From the human T2T-CHM13v2.0 reference genome, Homo sapiens, in assembly GCF_009914755.1 (NCBI RefSeq), contig NC_060930.1: a stretch of 64,000 nucleotides of DNA, one strand, 5' to 3'. A model generated the notes under the pieces. It worked only from the letters and a program-made list of their open reading frames with translations. It was not told the origin of the DNA and did not search any database. Numbering within the stretch: position 1 is the first letter of the stretch; the number at the start of each line of letters is the position of its first letter. This document shows positions 13,980 through 28,710 of this stretch, one piece after another. A program made the position numbers and the translations under genes.

Positions 13980-15470
13980 TTATTTTTTTAATCACAACTT
14001 TATTGAAATATCATTCACATACCATAAACTCACCCCTTTAATGTGTGGCTTTTGGAATATTCCGTTATGCAGCTCCCCTAAAAGAAGACTCATACCCATT
14101 AGAAGTCATTCCCCTTTCCCATTCCCTTCAGCCCCTGGCAACCAACACTAGTTTCTGTCTCTATGAATTTGTCAATTCTAGACATTTTATGTAATTAGAA
14201 TGATATAATATGCAGCCTTTTGTGTCTGATTTCATTCACTCAGCGTAATGTTTCCAGGGTTCATCAATGAAGCATATATCATCACTTCATTCTTTTTTAT
14301 GGCCATAATATTCCATTTTCCATAGACATACAATATGTCCATAGACATACAATTCCATTTCCATATACATACAATATGTTGTATGTATAGATACAACATA
14401 TTGCTTATCCATCAGCTGGGCATTTGAGTTTCTGCTTTGGGGCTATTAAAAATAATGCTGCTATGAATATTTGTGTACAAGGTTGTGTGTAAATGTTTTC
14501 ATTCCTTTTGGATATTATATGTGGCAGTGAAATTGCTGGGTCATATGGTAACTTTATATTTAACCTTTTGAGGAACTGCCAAATTGTTTTTCAAAGTGGC
14601 TGCACCATTTTACCTTCCCACCAGCAATGTATGCGAGTTCCAATATCTCCACATCCTCACGAACACTTGTTATCTGGCTTTTTTGTTCTGACCATCCTTG
14701 TGAGTGTAAACTGGAATCACTGTGGTTTTAATGTGCATTTCCCTAATGACTAAGGATGTTGAGCTTCTTTTCAGGTGCTTATTGGGCATTTGGATATCTT
14801 CTTTGTAGAAATCTCTATTCAAATTATTTGCCATTTTAAAATCAGGTTATTTCCTTTTTATTACTGAATTGTAATTATTTAGATATTTCAGATACAAGTC
14901 CCTTATTAGATATGTGATCTGCAAATATTTTCTCCCATTGTGTTGTCTTTTCACTTTCTTAGTGGTGTTGTTTGATACACAAGAGTTTTTTATTTAAAGA
15001 AATATAATTTTCTTTTTTTTTTGGTTGCTTGTGTTTTTCTTTTTTTTTTTTAAGAGGTACGATCTTGCTCTGTGGCCCAGGCTGGAGTGCAGTGGTGCTA
15101 TCACAGCTCGCTGTAACCTCAAACTCCTGGGTTCAAGCAATTCTCCCACCTCCACCTCCTGCATAGCTAGGGCTACAGGCTAATTTTTTTTAAATTTTTT
15201 GTAGACACAGGGTCTTGCTATGTTGCCCAGGCTGGTTTCAAACTCCCAGCCTCAAGTGATCCTCCACCTCCCAAAATGCTGAGATTATAGGCCTGAGCCA
15301 CCATGCCAGACCTGCTTGTGCTTTTGATATCATATTTAAGAAACCACTGCATATCCCATTGTCACGTTTACTAAGTTTCCAAGAATTTTATAGTTTTAAC
15401 TCTTACATTTAGGCCTTTGATCCATTTTGAGTTAATTTTCTTATATGGTGTATGAGGTAGTGGATGGTAT
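13980..15470 (-). mobile_element. Old L1 (L1MB-type) 3' region, interrupted by an AluJ
   Basis: Antisense L1 motifs (gaaattgctgggtcatatggtaact, ccttcccaccagcaatgtatg, tccattttgagttaatttt). Confidence 0.85.
15034..15312 (-). mobile_element. AluJ
   Basis: Diverged antisense Alu, TSD tgcttgtg. Confidence 0.9.
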
Positions 15471-15884
15471 AACTTTATTTACTCATTTTTCTCAGGGCAG
15501 GGTATAGCCCCAGTGGATCGAGGTCAGAGCTGTGGGAAGGCCCCAAAGGCATTTGCTGAGGTCTGATTATGCCAGACACCTAGGTGGGACTCTAGTCATG
15601 CACAGCCTTGTGCTTTATGTTAAGGGTTTCACCCTATCTAAGAGCAACAGGAGAGAAGAGATCAGGTCTGTATATTGAAAACTCTGGCTGCAATGTAAGG
15701 AATGGGGTGAGACTAGAGACCTGTTAGGAGGTTACTGCACCAATTTGGAGGAGTTAATAGCTAAATAGGATATAGTGCCTAGTTAGGGAAGTGGAAAGAT
15801 GAGAGAGAAATATTCTAGGAGGTAGAATGGATGAGAGACAAGACTGGATGATGTAAAGAATACAACCTTTGGTCAAAAACAAGG

Positions 15885-18800
15885 TATGAGTAAAGTCACT
15901 GGTTTTATTGAGCAGCTCAAACTAGTTCTGAAGGCAACTGTTCAGAAGGCGTTCCCAACAGCTTTTGAGCAATGCACAGCCTCCCATAAAACCTTAAAAA
16001 GTACATCTGTTAATGTGCACATTAGTCTTTGTTAGTCACGTTCACTAAATGTATTAACCTTACATATACTTCCAATTAAAAAAACACATAGGCTTTTCAG
16101 TATTTTGGCCTAGATTTTTGTTCAAATGAGTCCAAATGTGTGAGTGAGGTTTACCTGTTTTCTGATTCTGATCTATAAAAATGGGTGGTCTCAAAAGACC
16201 AGAAAGTTTATTCATAGCCAAAAATGACAAAAAGAGTTCTTATTCTCCCAAAATAGGAAATTTTGTATTCCTATAGTCAAAACAATAAACAATTTTTGAA
16301 ATTAAAAAAGTTGAGAATCTTGAAATTCATTTTTTTCAGTAGAATAAAACAATAAGCAGCATGAAAACGTAAAGTGCTACATAAAAGCCCCACATTACAT
16401 AAATTTTGAAAAGTTTATTGGCTTAAACAGTTACAGGTGAAACAGATTACGTATTTTTTTTCAAGCATGCTATTTTAATTACCTTGATATCTCATCATGT
16501 GCTATGTTGGTCAAATAAAATGTCATGAGTTATCTAGATCTGAGGATTAAAGAGGAGTCCTCAGCCTTTACTTGCCAGAATATACATCCAGTTTTAGCTG
16601 TATGCTGGAATTAAGGAGTTAAAGTAGGGCTTTAAAGATAATAGTTTTCTGAAGAGGCCTTTCAGTGGGGCTTGGACAAAAAGGGCCCCAAAGACCAATT
16701 TTGCTCATTAACCTCACACTGGGGATCAGATTGACAACTTAAGGATTTTTAGGGAGCATATGTGAGATCAAAGGGAAGAAGAAAATGGTGCCCCTTTCAG
16801 ATGGTGCTTCAGGTGCTAAAAAATATCCCAACACAAACAAGCAGGTGGCTAGCTGACAGGTGGGGGAAGAGATGCAAGTCAGATAGCAAAGGATCTGCAC
16901 AGTGCAAAATCTTCTTGGCTTTTTATTTAACTTAGCAGTGAATGCAGCAGGATTGGCTTAAAGTATAGGTACACCCCATGGAAACATGCAATAAGATCAC
17001 ATCGATCCAGAGGCTGGCTCAAGTTTGACTGAGGGGAAACGGAGGGAAGGCTGTTCCTAGCACACAATCTCAGCAGAGGTTGAGGTGGTGGGGATTTCTT
17101 TCTTCTCATATGACGCTACCGTCGGTGACTTCTTACTAGGAGACCACTGAGCACTGAATCAAGGTTTCTAATATGTTTCAAATCAAGATTTTAGAGTGTA
17201 TTTTCTTATGGCAATAGAGTTATAAAATGGTAACCTATGATTTTCCTCATATAATGAGATCTTCATAAAGTCCTTGAGCTTTTTAGACTTTAACAAATTC
17301 AGCTACAGATATAAAAAATAATCTGTAAACACCTTTAAAATGCGAATTTATTAAAGTTTAAGACAATTCTGTATTATATAATAGTGTACAATATGTTCTT
17401 ATTTTAGATGTAGAAATAAAGGAAAACTGGCTCTCAGATGAAAACAGAAATTGTGTCTGACAGTTAATAGAACGAATGTCCCATAAACAGGAGTAAAAAT
17501 TAAATTTGCCTTTAAGACGATTTTACAATTATTTCTCTTGTCCATAATTTCACTTAGTTAAAACCACATAAGGACTTTATGAATACCCTCCCCTATACTA
17601 TTCAAGATATACATATGGGCTAACTTTCGTGGACCGATCTAGAACCTAAATACCACTTCCAACATTGTTTGACTTGTAAAAAAATTAACTTACAAATAAC
17701 ACTTTTGGAGCATAACCTATTTGAAAGCTTGGAACCACCTGTATTTAAAAATTAAATCTTCATTAACAACACCCTCAAGAGTGCCCTCAGTGCTGCGAAC
17801 TGAACATGCTGAAGGCAATGTTTTTCTGTGATTATATGGTTTCACCAGCCATTATGATGATAATATTATCTACTAGAGTCTGTGGCGCTAGCTAGCACTA
17901 AGTTATATATTGATTTTTCCACTGAAAATTCTTTCTTGGGCTCTGACTAGGTGGACAATTCTAAGTAAAGGTTTTTCTAACTTCTATCACTGTTACTTGG
18001 GCCCTGAGGTTTTCTATTAAAATAGGACATGAAATATTTCAATATTATGCATATTCCTGGAATAATTAAAATTTATACTGATTATAAAGCTAGGCATATA
18101 ATACATCCCAAAAGACATACATTTCAAAGCAGACCAAACATTCAAATCTTCAGATCCCCCCATTTAACTTCTGGAAGAAAACCAAGCGATCTCCTGGCTT
18201 GGGCCCTTTCTTCCTTAAAAATCTATGGAAGACTGTTTTCTTTCTTTTTAAATTTGTGTGATTATGGCAGCAGAGGGCAGGGGGTGGTGATAACAGCATA
18301 TCAAAGTGGTTACAAAGTACTCCCTCTTCAAGTAGCATCCAGTGACAAAGATGTGATCTCATTTCCTCATAAATGTTTGACTGAAATAAAATTATTTTCA
18401 CTGAAGAATGTTTAGGACACAAATAAAGTCACAGAATGAGCAATTCCAGTACATCTCCTATGAATGACATTTTAAGGAAGCTACTTGAGGAGTTTTGCTT
18501 TCCCTTTTCAACTCTTCTATCCCTATACATTCTACATACGTAGAAACAGAGTACTCAATAAGTGGTATTGAGTAACTAGTAATACTCATTGGAACTTAAA
18601 ACATCATCTTTTATCCAAAAATTTCAAAGGGCAATATAGGAAAGTATTACAAATTTACATAAAAAGAAGATGAAACATGAGAAAAAACAAGTTATTTCCC
18701 TGCAAAGCAGATCAAATAGTGAGACAAGGAACTTTGACTTCTAGTCCCTTTAAGCAGGACGTAACTGCTAGACACAGTCTGAATGTCTAGATATATTTAT

Positions 18801-18937
18801 ACTAAACTTACAAGGATCAAAAAAAGGAATGAAGGGTAAATACAAAATAATCTTTTTGTAAACAATTCTTAGATTATACCCAATGCAGAATGTTTAATGA
18901 AGCAGTTGAGTCACAGCTCATAAGTCACAAAACCATA
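15885..18937 (-). other. UBE2J1: UBE2J1 3' UTR (about 3 kb)
   Basis: AU-rich stretch with no recognisable Alu or L1 after the stop codon, ending near a minus-strand AATAAA; exact end inferred. Confidence 0.75.
15904..15909 (-). terminator. Likely distal poly(A) signal of UBE2J1
   Basis: AATAAA on the minus strand followed by U/GU-rich sequence. Alternatives at 16207-16212, 16414-16419, 16922-16927 and 17347-17352. Confidence 0.65.
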
Positions 18938-19216
18938 TTATAACTCAAAGTCAAATATGTATTCGTTTGCCAGATATATTCGTCGGAATATAAGAGCTGC
19001 CAATGCCAAAGTCAGGATGACAATCAGTACAGCTGACCCACCATGATCAGTGTGGTTGTCTCTTGGCTGGTGGCCCTGGATTACATCTGGTGAAGTAGAC
19101 AACCTTCTCTGACTCTGCTGCTGGGCCCGGCGCTGTCGAGGGCTCATGGAGGTATTCTTAGCTACAGGTTGGGTAGGTTGATGAAAGGATGCTGCTGAGG
19201 AATTCTGGACTCCGTA
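18938..19216 (-). CDS. UBE2J1: UBE2J1 exon 8 coding part, with C-terminal tail-anchor TM helix (AVLIVILTLALAALIF) and stop
   Basis: cctag|TAC acceptor; ends ...ANEYIFDFEL TAA; exons sum to 957 nt = 318 aa plus stop. Confidence 0.97.
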   Translation of the reverse strand, partial: YGVQNSSAASFHQPTQPVAKNTSMSPRQRRAQQQSQRRLSTSPDVIQGHQPRDNHTDHGGSAVLIVILTLALAALIFRRIYLANEYIFDFEL

Positions 19217-19539
19217 CTAGGAAATTTTAAGAAACTTTGTTTGAAACTGGCAAAGAAGATTTGTAAATACACTTGTTATCTATTCAAGAATACACAATCT
19301 CAGAGGACAACATATGACTAAGGGCAACACTACCAAGAATGATTGTTACTAATAATACATCCCTTGAGGGGCATCTAAATTTAGGTTCAAAAAAAAGTCA
19401 TAAGTTAGGACAGCTTTTTGGCCTTTTAATAGTTTTATTAATATATTTAGAAAAACAATCCCTTAAAACATTGGTCTAGATGATATTTTAACACATACGC
19501 TTAATGAAAATATGTATATACATATAATGTTTTAATTAG

Positions 19540-19740
<201 letters not shown>

Positions 19741-19801
19741 TAAAAATTAAGTGCCTTGATATTATAAAATTCTAAATTTTTTCCTATTTAAAACAATCAT
19801 A

Positions 19802-20067
19802 CAGCACTTTGGGAGGTTGAGGCAGGAGGACTGCTTGAGCCCAGGCATCTGAGACCAGTCTGGCCAACATAGTGAGACACTATCTCTACAGAAAAATTTT
19901 AAAACTTAGCCAGGTGTGGTCATGCCCACCTGTGGTCCTAGCTACTTGGGAGGTTAAGGCAAGAGGATCACTTGAGCTCAGGAGGTTGAGGCTTCGGTGA
20001 GCTATGATCACATGCCTGCACTCCAACCTGAGCAACAGAGTGAGACTCTCCCTTAAAAAGATAAAAA
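19802..20067 (+). mobile_element. AluJ (5' truncated)
   Basis: Diverged Alu. Confidence 0.88.
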
Positions 20068-21734
20068 ATCACATTCTTAGTTAAGTCCCTAGTGATATAT
20101 ATATAAATTTTTCTAGAATAACCAGCATGTGTGAGGGAGTTTTGCTTTTTATTATAAAATGAAATGGCTTATTCAGAACCTCGATCCCTACCCTGGGAAA
20201 AGGAGAAAATCTGACAGACTGCAAGAACAAAACTGCCTTCAGTGTTTTTCCCATTTCTACATTTCCCATTGCTTTTTGATGCTAAAATATCTGCATTAAA
20301 AAGCAACAGATGGCCTGATGTTATCTGAGGTATTTAGAGTTGTGGCAATCTCTTGCCTCTCCTTCAGGCTAACAACAACAAAAAAATCATAGCTTATCTG
20401 GGATTTGATGTATAACATCTCAATTAATTTATATTATACTTAATGTAAAATAACCACCCTTAGCCAAACCAGGTTTCAGTTACTTTCATAGTGGTCAAAT
20501 TATATAATCATACTCTGAGATAGTTTATATGTAAATATAATTAAAAACTTAACTTGCAATTTTAGACAATTTATTGCTTGTTGGTATTTTCACTAAAAAT
20601 AGTCTCAATTAATGACCTGTATCTATGAATAAGAATTCTAAGTTTTATGTACTAAATCAAAACAAGAAATACTACTATAATAACATCATTATTTGTACAC
20701 TCTAATTTACTTAAACTTCTTGATTTATTTAATTGTATTCTTAGCATTTTTTAAAGTACCAATCCTAAGATTCATTCATTCAATCAACAAACAAACATTG
20801 GCAATCTACTATATAGAAGGCACTAAGCCAGGCACTGGGGATACAGTGGAGAAGCGGAAAGAGACCCCTGACCCTCACAGAACTTACATTCTGGGAAGAG
20901 AGATAGACAATAAATAATTACAAAGTAAATTACAACTGGAATAAGTATAACTGGAATATGTAACAAGGGGACTTAACATAGATTGAAAATACACAAAAGA
21001 TTTAAATACATCACAAACATTAGGAGGCTGTCCTAAAAGGTGAAAAAAGATTACCACCTTCCTTTTTGTAATAGAATGCTTCTATTAGAAAAAAAACTAT
21101 GAAATAAAAAGTAATTAGAAAGCTTTTTCAATATCTTGAACTAAAACATATTGACCTTAAAATTAATTCATTGTTTTCCCCTGCAATTCATAAAATTACA
21201 TTGGGATCACACAAAAATGATTTAAACTCATCGCTACACACTTTTTTCTTGGACCTCCATCTTCAGTCCCCCTAGACTACCACCCTGTTCTTCTTCAACC
21301 AACTTTTCTCTGCCCAGCTCACTCTCTGAATAGGAGAGACTCACTCAAGACTATTCACTCCCACTTTACGTACGTTATTGCTGGGTAAAGGGCAAATCTA
21401 TATTTGCCCAACTTCTATTTCAATTTTCCCTCACCCTTTAAAGTCTTCAATAAACTGGAGAAACAACAACAAAAAAAATGTGACTACTTAACCAAACAAT
21501 CTGTTACCAAAAAGACTTCCAAAGACAGTTAATCTTTTATATATAGGAAGGAAAATCATTTTTTTCCCATAATCCTTATTTTTTGGCACCAATCCAGTCA
21601 TATTTTTTAAATCACTCTCTCTGATCACCTAGGCCAAACAATTTCTTAGACAACAGGTCAGGGCACCACTAACAACACTCATAGCATTCATTCTTTTATT
21701 CAACAATTATTTATTGGACACTTAGTATATACGA

Positions 21735-21944
21735 GGTAGCATTGTCCAACAGAATTTTGTGATGATAGTAATGTTTATGTCTACACTGTCCAATATGGTA
21801 CCCATTAGCCACATGTGGCTATGGAGCACTTGAAATGTGGTGTGACTGAGGAACTGAATTTTAAATTCTACTTGATTTTGATTAAATTTAAATGTAGACA
21901 CCTGCATGTGGCTGGTGGCTACTGTGTTGGACAGAGCAAGTCTA
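21735..21944. mobile_element. MER3-like hAT-Charlie MITE
   Basis: gtccaatatggta...tagccacatgtggcta...gcacttgaaatgtgg core with inverted ends. Confidence 0.75.
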
Positions 21945-22344
21945 AGTAAATTTTTGGCTCTACGACTTTATTAAGTCAGTACCTTAATGCAGCTGAACAA
22001 TCCTGCCAAAAATAGTGTCTATTTAGAAAGTGGCTAACATATGGATATTTTGTTTTATTCAGTCTAACACTATATTAAAATTAACTTTTCAGAGAATCAC
22101 AGAATTCTGGAGGGACAAGACAAAAATTATTTAATCCAGCCCCATTTAACAAAAAAAGAAAACTGAGGCCAGAAAGCATGAACAACTTGCTCAACATAAT
22201 AATTCATTAGCGGGACTGATGAGTTAGAATCCAGTTGTTAAGAGAACCAAATTTTTCAGATATTTGATCCAGGATCTTCTCCTCCTATTGCAAACAGTGA
22301 TAATGATAGAGACATACATATATATTAAAAGATAAGAGCCATAC

Positions 22345-22464
22345 CGATGTACTGGCCGTAGCACCCTGGAATGTTGTAGGTATATCATCTTGTAAATCAG
22401 TTAGTGAAAAAGAGTGGTTTAAGTCTGACTCAGAGATAGTCTTTCCAGATGAATTGACTTCTGC
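22345..22464 (-). CDS. UBE2J1: UBE2J1 exon 7 (AEVNSSGKTISESDLNHSFSLTDLQDDIPTTFQGATASTS)
   Basis: tag| acceptor, TCG|gtatg donor; 120 nt; in frame. Confidence 0.96.
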
Positions 22465-23224
22465 CTATAAACAAGATAGACCCAAGAGCAGTGTGACAAC
22501 AGGAAACAACAGGAAACATACACAATCTACAACCTGCTAAATCCTCTCTGTTGGATTTATTTTAATTGCTAGTTTAATATCTATTATCAGGCAGTTAATC
22601 ACTGAGCACTCTTGTGTCCAACACTGTACTAGGTATCATAGGAAGAAGCATACACAACACCTGTTCTCAAGAAGCCGTTACTTGATGAGGGACAAAACTA
22701 ACACCCATGGTTCACAATCCACAATGCTAAAAAGCTCTCAAAACTCAAGGTTTTTTTGGTAATTTTTAGGCAAAGCCTGATATGAGCTGATGTGAACCTA
22801 TGAATAGTCTTTATCCCACATTAGTGTAAACATTAATCCCACATTAATGTAATATTCCCAGATTTGCTGAAGAAATCCTAATGGATTTGATTATGAGGTG
22901 CTGCCCCAGATCGCACGGCAGGTTAGTTAATATATGGTATATGTAAGATCTTTTCTTAAGTCTGAAAAATTCTCATGTACAAAACACATTTGGTCCTGAG
23001 ATTTTTCAGAAGCAATTTTAAGTGTAATAGGAATCCTCAGAAGGAAGAAAGTAAACATGTTCTGAGCAACTCCTCCTCCAGGCACTACAATAAAAGAGAA
23101 GGGAACTGGACCTGGAAAGACAGACAGTCCATAGAGAAGTGGAGAGGGAAGAGGAAGAGAGCATGCTGCTTAATGCAGGTTGACATTTCTGTTTGTGAAG
23201 CTAATTAAATTCCAGAAGGATTAA

Positions 23225-23560
<336 letters not shown>

Positions 23561-23684
23561 TAATACCTTCAATAATTAAATATTTAATACTCAAAGTATT
23601 AAAATATTATATAATCCTATGTTCGGGTAAAACATATACAGAAAAAAGGGATATATAGGAGGGATGCCAAAATATTAACAGTAG

Positions 23685-24081
<397 letters not shown>

Positions 24082-24352
24082 TAAGCACCAGGGACAGTTC
24101 TGAATGCAACACATGTATTACATATATTAATTCAATCCTCACAGCAATCCTATGATTTAGGTACCATTATTATTTATAGATAATAAAAAGGCACAAAGTG
24201 GTTAATTAATATGTCTGACATCATACTACTAATAAGCAACAGAGCTGGGATTTGAACCCTGGCATTGTATACCAGAGTTCAAGTTTCACTCCCTCACTAT
24301 TCTATAAAGCTTTCATGAATGTAGTTAGGAATTTTGTAATAAGAAAAACATT

Positions 24353-24441
24353 CCATGCCAGTATTAAAACATTTCATGTACCCTATACATATATACACCT
24401 ACTATGTAACCACAGAAATTAAAAATATAAAAATATGAAAA
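24353..24441 (+). mobile_element. Very short L1MA-type 3' end
   Basis: catgtaccctatacatatatacacctactatgta plus A-rich tail; 12-bp TSD aagaaaaacatt (24341-24352, 24442-24453). Confidence 0.7.
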
Positions 24442-24560
24442 AAGAAAAACATTGGCAAATGTCATATTGTAATAGAACTGCATCGCTTTCCTTTCTATGC
24501 AGAATCCAGCAGTAAACAAAAGGGTTGCAAGATTAGCATTTATTTAAGAATTTATAGTAC

Positions 24561-24690
24561 CTTAAAGCTTATTTGCCTAGCCAGTTCTTTGGCTTCTTGG
24601 TCAGCTTGGCTTGAATCGCTTCCAGATTTTAAAGGCAACAGGACATCCTTCATGGCAGAGCCACATCCTTCACAACAGAAATCTTGTGAT
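24561..24690 (-). CDS. UBE2J1: UBE2J1 exon 6 (SQDFCCEGCGSAMKDVLLPLKSGSDSSQADQEAKELARQISFK)
   Basis: tag| acceptor, AAG|gtac donor; 130 nt; includes the RQIS184 phosphosite motif. Confidence 0.96.
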
Positions 24691-25532
24691 CTAGTAGAAA
24701 AAGATTTTTTAAATGAAAATAAATAGTTAAATGTTTAATTCCCTCTCACTGAGACACTCAAATGCTCGATCATTAAACTTAAAAGAAAGGAACACTGGAA
24801 AATTCCACATCACATTTATCCACATGCTATGAATTAGAAAATTAATGTAATGATTATAGTCCTGAGACAAGTAAATGTTAGGCTGGCTTTAAAAAAATCC
24901 AGGGCTCAGATGCTATTTTTTCCAATAAACTATCTAAAGAAAAATAAGTTTTACATCTATACAATGAGAAAATTGTCTATTATACTGTCCTTGAGATCAC
25001 ATATAACAAACCTATTTTAAGGCTGTGAAAAAAGTCCTTTAACAAGATCAAATTATCTGTTAGCAGAAATATATATAAAGCAGTAAAGAAACTAATTAAA
25101 CATAGAATTTACAGATATTTCTAGGGAAAAAAAAACCCCTCACAAATAGCAGTATAACTTGAAAGACTTGGGAGAACTTGCAGAAAATCCAAAGACTTAA
25201 TTTATTGCTGATTATACATTAGGTAGAGACTCAGGATATGTCTGTTAACTAGATTATTTTCTAAAATATATTTGTTTTTCCATTTTTCCCTTTGTATTCC
25301 AGATATAGTCAAAACTTCCTTGAAGTTTACAAGAGTCCTCTGAGGATATGAATGACTGAAAGTAAACATGCATCATATATAAAACATATATTGTTACACT
25401 GTTAAACTTCCTTCTAAAAAATTGTTTTTCATAGTACTTCTAGTTCTATTAAAAAACCTTAGGTCTTGAAGAACATGCTATTTAAAATTATGAAATATCA
25501 TATAAACAAAATATATGTAAAAGTAGCAATAA

Positions 25533-25892
<360 letters not shown>

Positions 25893-26101
25893 TAATTTAG
25901 TATTTATTGATGAGTATTTCTTGTTTTACCAGAAGTGGCACTGTTGACCACACACCTTTGAGAATTGGTTATATACAAATTATTTGCTTCAAAATGTATT
26001 CACTTTTAACTGAGTCAGATGAACCTTAAGGGGAGTGTTTATTTTGAATGTATTAGTTTATCCACAATGGTAGCATGCTACCACGGTTGAATGCAAAAAT
26101 C

Positions 26102-26400
26102 TTTGTTTTTTTTTTTTGAGACAAGGTCTCAACTCTGTCCCACAGGCTTGAGTGCAGTGGCACAATCATGGCTCACTGCAGTCTCAACCTCCCCAGGTCA
26201 AGCAATCCTTCCACCTCAGTCTCTAAGTAGCTGAGACTACAGGCACGTGCCACCACGCCCAGCTAATTTTTGTATTTTTTTGTAGAGCTGCAGTTTCGCC
26301 ATTTTACCCAGGCTGGTCTCGAACTCCTGAACTCAAGCAATCCACCTGTCTTGGCCTGCCAAAGAGCTGGGATTACAAGTGTGAGCCACCATGCCCGGCC
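26102..26400 (-). mobile_element. AluJ
   Basis: Antisense dimer. Confidence 0.9.
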
Positions 26401-27464
26401 CAAAATCATTTTTTAAAAGGTTTCTATTATAGACTGAGAATCTAGAATATACAGTGAGAAGCCTAGAAGAACAAGAACTCCAGTTCTTTTTTTTTTTTTT
26501 TTACCTCGCACATGAAATCAACTGGATAAAGGCATCAAGATAAAAAAACCAACATAGTAAATCGAATGAAAACAAATACTATGTATTCAAAGTACATAGT
26601 GTAATCTATGAAGAGCTGTATAAATAAAGTACATACCCATAGTTTGGAAATAAGGTTTAAAAAGAAAAGTTGCTTATAAGACCAAGAAGTCTACCAAATC
26701 TTCCAGATGCTAAAATCTAACTGATTTAGCAAATATCTGTAGAGGGCCTACTCTGGGGTGTGCTAGGGTAAAATATGATATAATTTAATTAACATAATAT
26801 GTCTGAAGGGTGGTAGGCAGCAGACTCCAGAGCAGAAAAATTATCAACATCAAAAATTAGGTATCAGCACTACTCAAAGAGGGGCTACTCTGAATGGAAG
26901 GACTGATCTTGGTCATATAGACAAAAGTGCACCTGCACCTGAAAAAAACAGAGAAGGCATCACTTCTCTGTTTGTGATTGCCACTGGGCAATCACAACTT
27001 GATAAAATCTCTTTTGCTTTATTCCAGATCATTTATTAAGCACTTGCTATGAGCTAGATGCAAAGATGGATAAAGTGGATTACCTCTTGGCCCTCAAGAG
27101 GTTTGTAATCTTGTGGAAAGCTACAAATAATTGCTCTGGTTCTTTTCCATCTATAATGCCATAGTGGAAACAAATGACTGGTATTGTTTTCCAGGAGAAT
27201 ATATCTCTCACTGAATTTTTTAAAAATAGTGAAATAGTATCAACTACTTTTTAAGACTAGATAGCATTAAATAAATTACTTAGATTCTGGTCACTCCAAG
27301 GAAATTATTACAACTGAATTCCTAAAAGAGCAAAACTGAGATAAGATCCTGTAGCTACAGTCACTCAGAAAATAAGTCACATAGTAAGAGGTAGGCCCTA
27401 CCTCCTAATAGCCATTACCCTGAATACTATTCAGACCTCAAGAAGAATGAAATGCAAAACTTAC

Positions 27465-27570
27465 TTTTTGGCAAGTGCTCTTCTTTCCTCAGGAGTGTAA
27501 TCTAGAGAACCTATGGCTCCCTCTCCTTTTGTTGGCATAAACCCAATGATGGCTAATAATGCTGTCCTTA
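27465..27570 (-). CDS. UBE2J1: UBE2J1 exon 5 (IRTALLAIIGFMPTKGEGAIGSLDYTPEERRALAKK)
   Basis: cag| acceptor, |gtaag donor; 106 nt; follows a 148-nt intron. Confidence 0.97.
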
Positions 27571-27718
27571 CTGAAATAAAAAAGTAAATATCAATCTAAA
27601 TTGCTTTGTAAAAGCAACTGGGTTTATTCTGGAAAAAGAAAAAATCAGAGTATTATACTTCATAACTATGAATTGACTGAAGTTATGAGATTTATATTCA
27701 CTATAAATTAACACTTAC

Positions 27719-27803
27719 TACTCCACGAAGGCTGCCAAGTTTCAGGATGATGGCCTGAGATGCTCAAACAGATTTTCTTGCCCACTTCAAATCGACCATT
27801 AGC
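27719..27803 (-). CDS. UBE2J1: UBE2J1 exon 4 (ANGRFEVGKKICLSISGHHPETWQPSWS), contains catalytic Cys91
   Basis: TGT codon at 27770-27768; Ubc6-type TANGRF motif in place of HPN; cag| acceptor and |gtaagt donor; 85 nt. Confidence 0.98.
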
Positions 27804-27835
27804 CTGAGGAATAAACAATGCATTTAGAAAATTAA

Positions 27836-28226
<391 letters not shown>

Positions 28227-28405
28227 AAAAAGATTTTTTTTTAAATGTAACCTCTCATGGGACACAGATTTTTTGTCCTTATAGACTCCAAAAATACTTG
28301 TTGGATGCTGAATAATAAAAGCTGTTTTTAGAAGGTGTTTTACAGCACCTTTTGAAACTGAGTTGCACAAGTGAAATCTAAATAATTAACATGTAAAGTT
28401 TTACT

Positions 28406-28710
28406 GGCCAGCGAAGTGGCTCACGCCTGTAATCCTAGCACTCTGGGAGACTGAGGCAGGAGGATCACTTGAGGCCAGGAGTTCAAGGCCAGCTTGAGCA
28501 ACTTAGTGAGACACTGTCACCAAAAAAAGAAAAGAAAGAAAATTAGCCAGGAGTGGTGGCATGTGCCTCTAGTCCTACCTACTTGGGAGGCTAAGACAGG
28601 AAGATTACTTGAGCCCAGGAGTTCAAGGCCACAGTGAACTATGACTGCATTGCTGCATGCCAGCCTGGGTGACAGTGTGAGACCCTGTCCCCAAGAAAAG
28701 AAAAAAAAAG
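28406..28710 (+). mobile_element. AluJ
   Basis: Diverged dimer whose tail runs into the GA-rich tract. Confidence 0.88.
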
